Assembly: GCA_051313645.2 (NCBI GenBank)
Contig: JBNRSN020000019.1
Span: forward strand, 16,988,001 to 17,052,000
Source: Centroscyllium fabricii
Taxonomy: Eukaryota
Length of the DNA stretch: 64,000 nt
Reading direction: 5' to 3'
This document shows, piece by piece, positions 25,442-38,110 of the stretch. A program made the position numbers and the translations under genes. Numbering within the stretch: position 1 is the first letter of the stretch; every line of letters starts with the position of its first letter. The notes under the pieces are model-generated. The model was not told the DNA's origin. It saw only the letters and a program-made list of their open reading frames with translations, and did no database searches.

Positions 25442-25659
25442 CTTGGTAGCTGAAAAATCGACACTATGCAAAAACTTGCAGTTCTTCCCCAGTGCCTGTA
25501 AACTGGCATCTGTAACGGCCAAGCAGCCACTAATATTCACTATTTGTAGCAGGCTACATTGTTGTGCGAGGGCTACAATCCCTTCATCCGAAACATTCCG
25601 GCATCTTCCGAGACACACTTCCAACAAGTGGGGACAGGACGAAGCAATAACTTTTAACC
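25442..25659 (-). CDS. AMN1: AMN1 exon 4 (218 nt)
   Basis: Acceptor ttccacag|, frame GLKVIASSCPHLLEVCLGRCRNVSDEGIVALA...LGKNCKFLHSVDFSATK, donor |gtacag. Confidence 0.95.
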
Positions 25660-25785
25660 CTGTGGAAAGCCACACAATCAGAGATTCGTATTTCACAGTG
25701 GCATCACATTAATAACTTCGTGAAAAGTTGCAAGTCATTCAATTTAGATTAACAAACTTCATGAAATGTCAAACCACTACACTAT

Positions 25786-26067
25786 GGGCGGGAAATTCGT
25801 GAGCGCATGTTTTCGGCGCTAAAATTGGCAATGCGCTAAAAATTAGCGCCGGTGCTAAATTAGCACCGAGGTGGCCGATATTGGCGTTAGCGCCGTTGTT
25901 GCCGATTTCTGCGCTAATTCACGTATTGCCAAGCGGCACTGCGCTAACGTTTAGCGCCAGCGCTAAGCACAAGGCCAATTTAGCGCCCGGCACTAATTTT
26001 GGCGCCGGCCCATTAGCGCCCATTTTTTGCGCTAATGGGCCGGCGCTAAGCCGCCAATTTAGCGCCC
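25786..26067. mobile_element. Small palindromic MITE (Harbinger-like) built of GCGCTA/TAGCGC motifs
   Basis: Imperfect TIR GGGCGGGAAATT / AATTTAGCGCCC with TAT/AAT flanks. Confidence 0.6.
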
Positions 26068-26159
26068 AATAAGTCTTCTCATATAGTCTGTATGATCATT
26101 CATATGAAGGTTTCATTTTTGTTTGGTTGCTACTTGCAAGGAGGTGGGGTGGGTAGAAA

Positions 26160-26610
26160 GAAAGACTTGCATTTCTATAACGCCTTTCACGACCACCGGA
26201 CGTCTCAAAGCGCTTTACAGTCAATGAAGTACTTTTGGAGTGTAGTCACTGTTGTGATGTGGGAAACGCAGCAGCCAATTTTCACACAGCAAGGTCCAAC
26301 AAACAGCAACGTAATAATGACCAGATAATCTGTTTATGTTATGTTAGTTGAGGGATAAATATTGGCCAGGACACCGGCGATAACTCTCCTGCTCTTCTTC
26401 GAAATAGTGCCATGGGATCTTTTCCGTCCACCTGAGAGAGCAGATGAGACCTCGGTTTAACATCTCATCCGAAAGACGGCACCTCCGACAGTGCAGCACT
26501 CCCTCAGCACTGCACTGGAGTGTCAGCCTAGCTTTATGTGCTCAAGTCCCTGGAGTGGGGCTTGAACCCACAACCTTCTGACTCAGAGGCTACCCACTGA
26601 GCCACAGCTG
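26160..26610 (-). mobile_element. DeuSINE (SacSINE1-like)
   Basis: Deu-domain-like gacggcacctccgacagtgcagcactccctcag and a tRNA-like head near 26555-26610. Partial copies at about 2130-2420, 11360-11670, 18465-18600 and 61230-61355. Confidence 0.75.
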
Positions 26611-27639
26611 AAAGCAGGAGGCCGGAGGGAGCAGAGCAATGGAAATCAGGAGTCCGGTTAAAATCCGGAAGTTAGGACACTGTCACTATTCACTTCACAA
26701 TATAAAATGTGATTTTCCCCCCCCCACCCATCCACTTTCTAGCCAATAAACCCGATAACAATCCATGACCCACACACAATGCCCCATATCAGTCACTGCA
26801 ACTCTATCCCAGAGTGTTTAGTTTGACGGAGTGATTAGCAACGGTGTGGGTACTTCCGGTTTTCGGTCAACCTGTGATGTCATCCTTCTGTACATGTGCC
26901 GAGCCACCAGATGACATCACTCAGCGTACGCTAAAAAGCTACAGCTCCACTAGTGACATCACTTGTAATGACGAGAACCAGGGGTCACAGTCCAAGGATA
27001 AGGGGGAAGCCATTTAGGACTAAGATGAGGAGGAATTTCTTCACCCAGAGAGTGATGAACCTGTGGAATTCTCTGCCAGAGGGCGGTGGAGGCCAGTTCA
27101 TTAAATATATTCAAGAAAGAATTGGATATATTCCTTAAGGCTAAAGGGATCAAGGGATATGGGGAGAAGGCTTGGGACAGGGTACTGAATTTGGATGATC
27201 AGCCATGATCTCACTGAATGGCGGAGCAGGCTCGAGGGGCCGAATGGCCTACTTCTGCTCCTATCTTCTATGTTTCTATGTAACCCTCACCTGTTGTTCT
27301 TGAATCAAATGTGCCTCACTAAACCAACCTTGCAGCTCAAATTATATAACATGGACAACACTGTGAATTTGTCAAAGTCAGCCTCAGGAGAAACAGCTAC
27401 AGACCCAGCATGATCATAGGCTCACGTATTTGAAGGGACCCATAAGTGGAGTGTTTTCAGAGTCAAAGAGAGGCATCACTCCCCCAGCAGGCAAGAGTTG
27501 TGTGGGAGTTTTTGCAGATCATGCTGATAGTGTGAACCTGCAGTCACGCATGGCACACTGGCACAAATTGGTGTCATACAGTCCTCTAGAGTGTGAAGCC
27601 AAGCTTACCAGACTGCAGTTACTTCATTCACTTGCTTGT

Positions 27640-28965
27640 CAGAGTCATAGAGTTATACAGCACAGAAAGAGGCCCTTCGGCCCATCGCGTTATCGCCGGC
27701 CGTCAAGCCCTGTCTATTCTAATCCCATTTTCCAGCACTTGGTCCATAACCTTGTATGCTATGGCATTTCAAGTGCTCATCTAAATGCTTTTTGAATGTT
27801 GTGAGGGTTCCTGCCTCTACCACCCTTTCAGGCAGTGAGTTCCAGACTCCAACCACCCTCTAGGTGAAAAAGTTCTTCCTCAAATCCCCTCTAAACCTCC
27901 TGCCCCTTACCTTGAAACTATGTCCCCTTGTTATTGACCCCTTTACTAAGGGAAAAAGTTCCTTTCTATCTACCCTATCTATGCCCCTCATAATTTTGTA
28001 CACCTCAATCAGGTCCCCACTCAGCCTTCTCTGCTCCAAGGAAAACAACCCCAGCCTGTCCAGTCTTTCTTCATTGCTGAAACGCTCCAGCCCAGGTAAC
28101 ATCTTGGTGAATCTCCTCTGCACCCTCTCCAAAACAATCACATCCTTCCTGTAGTCTGGCGACCAGAACTGCACACAATATTCCAGCTGTGGCCTTACCA
28201 GCGTTGTGTACAGCTCCATCATAACCTCCCTGCTCTTACATTCTATGCCTCGGCTAATGAAGGCAAGTATCCCATATGCCTTTTTAAACCACCTTATCTA
28301 CCTGTCCTGCTGCCTTCATGGATCTATGGACATGCGCACCAAGGTCCCTCTGATGCTCTGTCTTTCCTAGGGTCTTCCCATTCATTGTGTATTCCCTTGC
28401 CTTGTTAGTCCTCACAAAATGCATCACCTCACACTTTTCAGGGTTAAATTCCATTTGCCACTGTTCTGCCCATCTGACCAAACCGTCTATATTGTCCTGC
28501 AGACTGAGGTTTCCCTCCTCGCTATTTACCACCCCACCAATTTTCATGTCATCTGTGAACTTACTGATCATACCTTTCACATTCATATCCAAATCATGAA
28601 TGTAGACTACAAACAGCAAGGGACCCAGCACCGATCCCTGCGGCACCCCACTGGACACAGGCTTCCAGTCATAAAAACAACCTTCGACCATCACCCTGTA
28701 CCTCCTGCCACAAAGTCAGTTTTGGTGCCAAGATGCCCTGGATCCCATGGGCTCTTACCTTCTTGACCAGTCTCCTTGCGGGACTTTATCAAAAGCCTTA
28801 CTGAAATCCATGTATACCACATCCACTGCATTACCCTCATCCACACATCTAGTCACCCCCTCAAAAAATTCTATCAAATTGGTCAGACATGATCTTCCCT
28901 TGACAAAGCCATGCTGACTATCCTTGATTAATCCTTGCCTCTCCAAGTGGAGACTAATTCTGTCC
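27640..28965 (-). mobile_element. CR1 LINE 3' portion (RT to tail)
   Basis: [28 protein letters not shown] and RPQLEYCVQFWSP. Confidence 0.92.
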
Positions 28966-29954
28966 GTTTGGTTAGCCCTAAATCAGGGAATTAGGTACCG
29001 TGCTGCTCCTCTGCCTGGCCACAGAACTAGTTTTGTGCCTCCTTACTGCATTCTCTTCGCGCCTTGGTACATAACACTTCCAACAATTGCCACCCACCTC
29101 TAGGTTGGCAAGGGCCAAAATTCTGTGAGAATCACTGTAAAGCCTTTACAATGACAGCAGTCATTTCTAGACAAGGTGCAGGGAAACACTGCGATACTGC
29201 AGAGCGGCCACATCCTTATGATGCAGAAGTCAGTTAGTTGTCTTCTGTATCCCTCAGAGGTGCTGAATGCTTAGAGAATAAAGCATCTGAGCAGCCTGGT
29301 TCCTGCACCTAATCCGCCCATTCTGTCACAGCATTTTGTTTACTCAAGCAACAGCTTAGATCTACCCATTCAGGGAGGCGGTATTACTGACATAGAGCAG
29401 ATATTACTGGGTGGATCCCAGGACAGCAGTGAGCAGGAGGGGTTGGTAGGCAACTTTGATGAGACATCTGTCTCTCTCAGAGCTGACATAAGCAAGAGGC
29501 CCCAGCTGAGGATTTCAAGACCCATATCTCAGATGCCCAGGCTGTTAAAGATCAATGATTCAGGAGCACTGGTCTCGCACACAGGCAGTGGAGACAGTCT
29601 CTTTTCTTCTGGTGCTGATGATGGGACAATTGGTGGAATCCAGAAGCCGCATCTGCAATGTCATGAGAAAGGCAGGAAATGAAGTGAGGAAGATCCTGGG
29701 GACTCAATTATTTAAGACAGGTAGGAGTGATAAACTAGGAAACTATAGGCCTAAGAGTCTAACATCAGTTGTGGAGAAGTTACTGGAATCTGTGCACTTG
29801 GACAAATATTAGCTGATCAGAGAGTCGGCATGGTTTATCCAATGAACCTAGTTGAATTTTTTCAGGAAATAACAAACGTGGTAAATAAATGAGTGTCTAT
29901 TGATGTTATTTATATGGACTGCCAGAAGGCACCGCCAAGTTTCCACATACGAAG

Positions 29955-32900
29955 TCCAAGAACCCAGGGCAACTTGTCTGTCCAGCAGGAATCTAACAGG
30001 CAGACCCGCAAGGAGGCCTTCAACGATCTGTGAAAATGTTCACAAAGGCCGTTCGCCTGTGGATTGCAGGCTGTGGTTCTATGGAGTTTTGCTCCTAGCC
30101 CATAAGCGACGGTGTTCCACAGCTGAGAAATAAACTGAGGACCTCTGTCCGACGAAATGTTGGCGGGAACTCCGAATCTGGCCACGCACGATGATAAAAA
30201 TGCCCTGGCCACGTCGGCAGCGGTGGTGGAGGTTAGAGGAACTACCTCCGGCCATCTTGTGGTGCGGTCGACAATGTTGAGGAGGTGCGTGTAGCCTTGC
30301 AATGGTGGGAGTGGGCCAACCAAGTCCACATGAATGTGGTCAAACCTTCTCTCAGGTACGGGGAAGAATTCCAGTGGCGCTTTGGTGTGTTGATGGACCT
30401 TCGCTCTCTGGCAAACCACGCATGTGTTCGTCCAGTCTCTCACGTCCTTGTGTAGATCGGACCACACAAACTTCGCTGCCATTAGGTTCTGGGATGCCCG
30501 CATCCCTGGATGAGAAAGCTCTTGGATGATATCAAAAACTCGCCTACGCCAGGAGGATGGAACTACCGGCCGAGGATCTTTAACCGACACGTCACAAAGA
30601 GTTGTACCAGCCGCCTGGAAATGAATGTCGGCCAGGCTGAGGCCAGTAACCGCCAATCTAAGGGACTGGATTTCGGCGTAGATGCCTGGTCCTTCACCAT
30701 ACTGGTGTAGTCCACGCTCAGGTGCACGGTGTGGAGAGGGTCGTGAGAGGCAATCAGCCATCATGTTTTCCTTACCGGCCACGTGGCGGATGTCAGTGGT
30801 AAATTCGGAGATGAAATTGAGCTGACGCTGCTGGCGCGCAGACCAAGGTTCCGCAGTTTTTGCCATGGTGAAAGTCAGCGGCTTATGATCGACGAATGCT
30901 GTGAAAGGTCGACCTTCTAGCAAGAATCTGAAGTGTCTGATTGCCAAAAACAAGGCGAGTAGCTCTGTCAAATGTGCTATATGCCCGCTCGTTCTTGCAC
31001 AACTGGCAACTAAAGAACGCCAGTGGTGGCCAAGCCCCATCGACGCACTGCTGCTGTACCGCTCCAATGTTCTAGTCGGAGGCGTCAGTTGTGAGGACGA
31101 CCGTGGTGCCTGGAATGGGGTGCGCCAAGAGTGTGGCATTAGCCAAAGCCCGTTTGGTTTTGTCGAATGCTGAGGACATCGCTTCTGTCCATGATAGCAG
31201 TTGTTTGCCCGTCTTGCTTCTTGAGAGGGCGCATGAGGAAGGCAGCCTTTGGTACAAAACGATGATAAAAATTAACCAGGAACTCTTGAAGAGCTTTGAC
31301 CGAAGTGGGTTGAGGAAAGACCGATACTGCCTGTACCCTGGTCGGGAGAGGAATTGCCCCGTCCGCTGATACGCGATGGCCGAGAAAATCGATCTGAGCC
31401 AGGCCGAATTGGCATTTAGCGGTGTTGACGATGAGCCCGTGCTGACTCAGATGCTGGAAGAGAGAAGTGTGAGATGTGCTCCGCTTTGTCAGTGCTGGTC
31501 ACGAGGATATCGTCGAGGGAGACGAAAAGAAAAGGGAGGTCCCGAAGCACCGAATCCAGAAGGCGCTGGAAAGCCTGCGCAGCGTTCTTCAGCCTGAAAG
31601 GCATTCTTAGGAATTCAAAAAGGCCAAAAGGGGTGATGACTTCTGGATGTCAGGCTGGTGGACGGGAACTTGATAACCCCGGACCAGATCCGCTATTGAG
31701 AAGATGAATTTTCCCGCTAGGTGTGCCGAGAAGTCCTGGATATGCGGTATGGGGTAGCGATCAGGCGTGGTAGCGTCGTTGAGCCTCCTGTAATCGCCGC
31801 AGGGTCGCCAGCCGCCGCCCAGCTTAGGGACAATGTGAAGAGGAGAAGACCGGGGACTATTCGAGTGGCGAACGATGCCCAGTTTTTCCATTGTCACGAA
31901 ATTCGCCTTGGCCACGGCAATCTTGGCTGGATCCAGGCACCGAGCACGCACTGGGGGACCTGTAGTAGCAATGTGGTGTTCGACGCAGTGTTTAATTGAT
32001 GTGGCCGAAAAAGTTGGCTTCGTGAGCCCAGGAAAATCTGCCAGCAGACGCGAGTAGTCGTCCAGTGCGGGTGAGGCGCAGGACAGGAGGAAGGCCGGTC
32101 TGTGACTGCGTTGGTACGACAAAGAATGAAATGTGGCTGCGTTGATGAGGCGTCGGTCGCGGACGTCGACCAGAAGGCCGTGGGCACACAGGAAATCTGC
32201 GCCGAGCAGGGGTTGCGAGACTGAGGCAGTGATGAAGTCCCAGGTAAACCGCTGTCCACTGAAACAGACTTCCGCTCGTCATGTTCCATAAGTGCGGATG
32301 GCGGCGCCATTAGCCGCTATGAGGGGAGCTCCGCTCCGATAGTTTATCATGGGTGGAAGCTCGGATAATGCTGCACTGCTCGCTTGTGTCAGAGAAATCG
32401 CCGTCCAGAAAGCGAATCGGTGATGTAGAGGAGTTTCCCTGCTGAACCGACGGTCATCGTGGCGGCAGGGGGGGTCGCTCAGATGAAATCCGCCGGTGGC
32501 GAGGACTCAGTGAGTCGGGCAGGGTAATCTTTTTCTTGGTGGCGAATGTGCAGGGCGGGCGACAGCGGTGGGCCTTCGCGCCAAAATGGGCGTGATAATA
32601 ACAGAGGCCTACAGTCTGACAAGGCGGGTTGCGTTCCGTGGGGGAGGGGAACCTTGTGGCTGCGCAGCCGAGCTGGGCCACGGAGAAGATTTTGTCTGCC
32701 GCGGCTGAGAGTTTGACGCAGTCCATGATTGGGGAACAGGCGAAGGCAGCTTGAACTTGTTGAGGAAGCTGGGCCAAGAATAAAGCACGGAAAAGAAAAC
32801 ACCGTGGCTCGGACCCCAGAAGAGTGAGAATTCGGCTCATTAACTGGGTCGGGGTGGAGTCTCCAAGGCCTGGTAGCGAGAGAAGCCTGCGTGCTCTCTC

Positions 32901-33452
32901 CTCCTTGGATAAACTGAAAACCTGCAGGAGTCTGTCCTTAACTGCCTCGTACTTGCCGGCTTCTGGGGGGTTCCCCAGAAGGTCAATGACTTCCGCAGCG
33001 GTGGAGCTCTCGAGGGCCGACACAACATGGAGGTATTTTTCTTCAGCGTCCGCAACCTTCCGCAGGGAGAACTGGGATTCTGCGTGAGCAAACCATGCTG
33101 TCGCTTGTTTCTCCCAAAAAGGGAGTTTAAGGCCGCAGCACCGGTAGCCATTATGCTGTGCGGGTCAGTGAAAATGTTTACTGACTAGGGGTCACCAATG
33201 TAGGAGACTGTGATCTCCCAACAAATAAATCAGCCAACTCGGAGGAGAAACTGCAAAACTGATCTTTTTAGTTCAAACTCCAAAAACATTCTAAACTGAA
33301 AAAGCCCGCGGAACGCGCGATAACGTCACACTTGGTCATAATGGGTCTGTTTTCCCTCTCTCTAAAAGGGGAGGGGAAACCTGTAAGTTAAAGGGGATTT
33401 TACATGCAATTATTATGTACAGACATTTATTCCCCGATGTGGAAATGCCACA
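29955..33452 (-). mobile_element. Degenerate CsRN1/Kabuki-like Gypsy element, 3'-truncated, inserted in a CR1 LINE
   Basis: Single LTR at about 33199-33452, followed on - by PBS TGGTGACCCC (tRNA-Trp type). gag (FWEKQATAWFAHAESQF), RT (WRPCGDYRRLN, DRYPIPHI), RNase H (TTDASD) and integrase (HVDLVGPLP, SDRGPQF), all with multiple frameshifts. No 3' LTR is seen. Confidence 0.9.
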
Positions 33453-34209
33453 CCCTTAACAAAAATAAAAGTGCATGGAATAAGAGGCAATCTATTGGCT
33501 TGGATTGGGAATTGGTTAGGAGGTAGGAGACAGAGAATAGGGAGAATGGGTATGGGCTCAAATTGGCAGTTTGTAACTAGTGGTGTTCTCCAGGAATCTG
33601 TACTGGGGTCTCAACTTTTCACTCTATTTATAAATGACTTGGATGAAAGAATAGGGAGCCGTATATCTAAGTTTGCCGATGACACTAAGTTAAGTGGCAC
33701 AGTAAATAGTGTAGATGGGAGCAGAAAGTTGCAAAGGGGCATTGATGGATTAAGTGAGTGGGCAAAACTGTGGCAGATGGAGATTAATGTGGGGAAGTGT
33801 GCAGTCATCCACTCTGAACCCAAGGAAGATAGATTAGAGTATGTCTAAATGCAGAGAAGTTAGGAAGTGTGGATGAGCACAGATTTAAGGGTCAAAGTAC
33901 AGGAATAACTATAAACTTGTAGACAGGTACAAAAAATAATTGAACAGACTCATGGAATATTGGCCTTTATCTCAAGAGGGTGGAATACAAAGAGGTGGAA
34001 GTTATGTTCCAGCTGTACAGAGCTCTGGTCAGACCACATCTGGAGTACTGCTTTCTGTTCTAGCACCGCACCTCAGGAAGGATATATTGGCCATGGAGGG
34101 GGTGCAGCACAGATTCACCAGAATACCACCAGGGCTAAAAGGGTTAAATTATGAGGACAGGTTCCGTAGACTAGGCTTACATTCCCTTGCGTATAAAAGA
34201 TTAAGGGGT

Positions 34210-34700
34210 TGAAAGAGTTAAATTGTCCACAGTATGCTTTTGGACTTAAAAATAAAAACTTCGGACATGGAATAAGTCAAAGCTCGTGCTTACTGAGAGT
34301 TTTTTTTTACCAGAACGGCCAAGGACATATTGAAGGGAGTTACTGGACTGTAATGGCGATTGGAACATGAACAATGAGACATGTATTAACACCTGGAGTT
34401 CAAAGCGATTGATATGGACAAAGTTATCAGAACTGTTGAGTGAAAGGGATAGGAGTTAGATAAAAACATAAAAGTTATGCAAAGATGACCTATGATTAAT
34501 CAGAAATAATCTGTAAAAAGTATGTGTATGTGGCTACAAGCCAAAAAAACTGTATAAAAGGCAATGTTGTAAACAGATCAAGCGAGAGATGGGCATAAGG
34601 TCGAGGGACCTTTGTCATTTCTCCCAAAGCGCTTTGTTCCAAATGAAATTGTGTGCTTTTAACTATCACTAGACTGGTGAGAATTAATTTTTCTCTTACA
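34210..34700 (+). mobile_element. Probable solo LTR (~490 bp) inserted in a CR1 3' region
   Basis: Termini TGAAAGAG...CTCTTACA and TATAAAAG near 34553. CR1 sequence resumes on both sides. The TSD is degenerate. Confidence 0.6.
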
Positions 34701-36439
34701 GTTTGATGTAATTGAGGTGTTTAAGATGATTAAAGGATTTGATAGGGTAGATAGAGAGAAACTATTTCTTTTGTTGGTAGAGTTCAGATAAGGAGTCCAA
34801 AGATGTGCGTGTTAGGTTGATTGGCCATGATAAATTGACCCTTAGTGTTAGGGGGATTGAATATGTGGGGTTACGGAGATAGGGTGGGATATATGTCGGT
34901 GCAGGCTCGATAGGGATCGAGGGATATGGGGAGGGGGCAGGGACAGGGTACAGGGTTTGGAAGATCAGCCATGATCTCATTGAATGGCGGAGCAGGCTCG
35001 AAGGGCCGACTCCTGCTCCTATGTTTCTATGTAAGGGGGCATAACTTTAAAATTAAATGTGATGTGGAGGTGCCGGTGTTGGACTGGGGTGGACAAATTC
35101 AAGAAGTCACACAACACCAGGTTATAGTCCAACAGTTTTATTTTAACATAGAAACATAGAAGATAGGAGCAGGAGTAGGCCATTCGGCCCTTCGAGCCTG
35201 CTCCGCCATTCAATGAGAACCCAGCACCCCGTCCCTGCCTTCTCCCCATATCCCTCGATCCCTATCGAGCCTGCACCGACACATATCCCATCCTATCCCC
35301 GTAACCCCACATATTCAATCCCCCTAACACGAAGGGTCAATTTATCATGGCCAATCAACCTAACCCGCACATCTTTGGACTAATCACGTGATTTAAAATA
35401 AAACTGTTGGACTATAACCTGGTGTTGTGTGACTTCTTGCATTTAAAATTAAAGCTAGGGCATTAAGGGATGATGTCAAGAAGCAGTTTTTCCACACAAA
35501 GGGTAGTGGGAATCTGGAACTCTTCCCCCCCCCCTCCAAAAAAAAGCCATTGAGACTGGGTGTTAATTGAATATTGAGATGGAGATTGATAAGATTTTTA
35601 TTAGGCAAGGGTAATTAAGGCATATGGAACCAAGGCAGGTGAATGGAGTTTAGATATACATCAACCATCATCTAATTGAATGGCGGAACAGGCTCCAGAG
35701 GTTGAATGGCCTATTAGTGTTCAAATGTTCCTGTGGCACTCCAGGAGGTCAGTCAGAGATTAAGAGGGTAGAAGAGCTGTTGTTACTTCTGTAATGGCAA
35801 TAGTTACTGTCCCTGTGCGTTTGAATTTAACAATTGCCCCCGGCACCCTGTTCTTTTGAATTCCGCAGGTGCGCTGACAACATAACAATCATGACCACAG
35901 AGGGGTCCTGGGAAGGAAATCATGACAGAAATCGAGGTGGCCAGTTCTGGTGCAGAGTTTTGGCTGAGGGGCCCTGCCCCACTACATTTGCCAGACCACC
36001 ACCTAGAAATGGGTGGTTTTCATACAGAAAGTCCAGGCCTTTATGCCAGAGGAAGTTGTGAACAGTCTGTTGCTCAGACTTGACTCCCTTGTGCAGTGCT
36101 AGTCACTGAGGCATGAGAGAGCTGGTGATATGCAGTGGCCGGTGCAGGGAAAAGCCACAAGGAAGATTGCTAGCGCAGGAGAAAACAACATGTAGGAATA
36201 TCAGGGAATCATTCTTCATACAAAGGGATCAACACTTGATTCAAGGCGAGCCAACTGGCCTTGCTCATCCATCGTTATCTTCTGATCTCTTTTTTTGAAT
36301 GAGGAAGAGAAGGAGCACTGGAAGGAGGGGGGGGGGGGGAATGAGTAGCATTCATAGATGCACTTACCCCAAATGGCAGAGCAAAGCAGTAGGAATGAAG
36401 AGGAGGCACCATGCAGTTTGTGTTGCCTATAATTACCAA

Positions 36440-37665
36440 CAGCTATCGCTGTCTCAATTGTCAGACTGCTTGTCCGACATCCAGTACTGGATGCGCAGAA
36501 ATTTTCTCCAATTAAATATTGGAAAGACCAAAGCCATTGTCTTCGGTCCGCGCCACAAACTCCTATTCCCTAGCGACTGACTCTATCCCTCTCCCTAGCA
36601 ACTGTCTGAGACTGAACAGTCATCACCCGTCTCCTCAAAAGAAAAACTCTTGACCCCTCCGTCCTTGCAAACTACGCCCCATCTCCAACCTCCCTTTCCT
36701 CTCCAAAGTCCTTGAACGTGTTGTCGCCTCCCAAATCCATGCCCTCTCATTCTCGGAACTCCATGTTTGAATCCCTCCAATCAGGTTTCCGCCCCGCCAC
36801 AGTACTGAAACGGCTCTCGTCAAAGTCACAAATGACATTCTTTGTGACCGTGACAAGGGTAAACTATCCCTCCTCAGCCTTCTCGACCGGTCTGCAGCCT
36901 TTGACACTGCTGACCACTCCATCCTGCTCCAACGCCTCTCCATCGTCATCCAGCTGGGTGGGACTGCACTCGCCTGGTTCCATTCCTATCTATCTAATCG
37001 GAGCTAGACAATCACCTTCAATGGCTTCTCTTCCCGCTCCCGCTCCGTTACCTCTGGTGTCCCCCAAAGATCTATCCTCGGCCCCCTCCTATTTCTCATC
37101 TACATGCTGCCCTCAACAAAATCATCCGAAAACACAGCATCAGTTTCCACAAGCATGCTAACGGCACCCAGCTCTACCTCACCACTAATTCTCTCGACCC
37201 CTCCACGGTCTCTAAATTGACACACTGCTTGTCAGACATTCAGAACTGGATGATCAGAAATTTCCTCCAATTAAATATTGGGAAGATCAAAGCCAGTGTC
37301 TTCGGTCCCTGCCACAAACTCCATCCCTCTCCTTAGCATCTGTCTGAGTCTGAACCAGACTGTTCACAACCTTGATGCCATATCTGTCGCTGAAATATCC
37401 ATGCCATAACTAAGACCGCCTATTTCCACCTCCATAACATTGCCCGTCTCCACCCTGCCTCAGCTCATCTGTTGCTGAAACCCTCATCCATGCCTTCGTT
37501 ACCTCTAGACTTGACTATTCCAACGCACTCCTGGCTGGCCTCCCACATTCCACCCTACGTAAACTTGAGGTAATCCAAAACTCGGCTGCATGTGGCCTAA
37601 CTCGAACCAAGTCCCGTTCACCCATCACCCTACATTCAGCTCACTGACCTACATTGGCTCCCGGT
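36440..37665 (+). mobile_element. L2 LINE fragment (continues at about 41760-42130)
   Basis: NYAPISNLPFLSKVLE-like and QSGFRP motifs, GVPQRSILGPLLF, and an L2-type tail ...aggcgctatataaatgcaagttg near 42120-42140. Confidence 0.8.
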
Positions 37666-38110
37666 TATAGAATCATAGAATGGTTACAGCACAGAAGGAG
37701 GCTATTCGGCCCGTCGAGCCTGTGCCGGCTCTCTGCAAGAGCGCTTCAGCTAGTCCCACTCGCCCACCCTTTCCCAGTAACCCTGCTATTTTCTGCCTTT
37801 AGGTACTTATCCAATTCCCTTTTGAAAGCCACGATTGAGTCCGCCTCCACCACCCTTTCAGGCCGTGCATTCCAGATCCTAACCACTCGCTGCGTAAAAA
37901 AGTTTTTCCTCATGTTGCCTTTGGTTCTTCTGCCAATCACCTTAAATCTGTGTCCTCTGGTTCTCGACCCTTCTGTCAATGGAACAGTTTCTCTCGATCT
38001 ACTCTGTGGAGACCCATCATGATTTTGAACACCCATATTCAATTCGATTCAAGTTTTATTGTCATTGCAGAGTACTAGTACAATACAACGAGATGAAGAC
38101 TCGACGCTCC

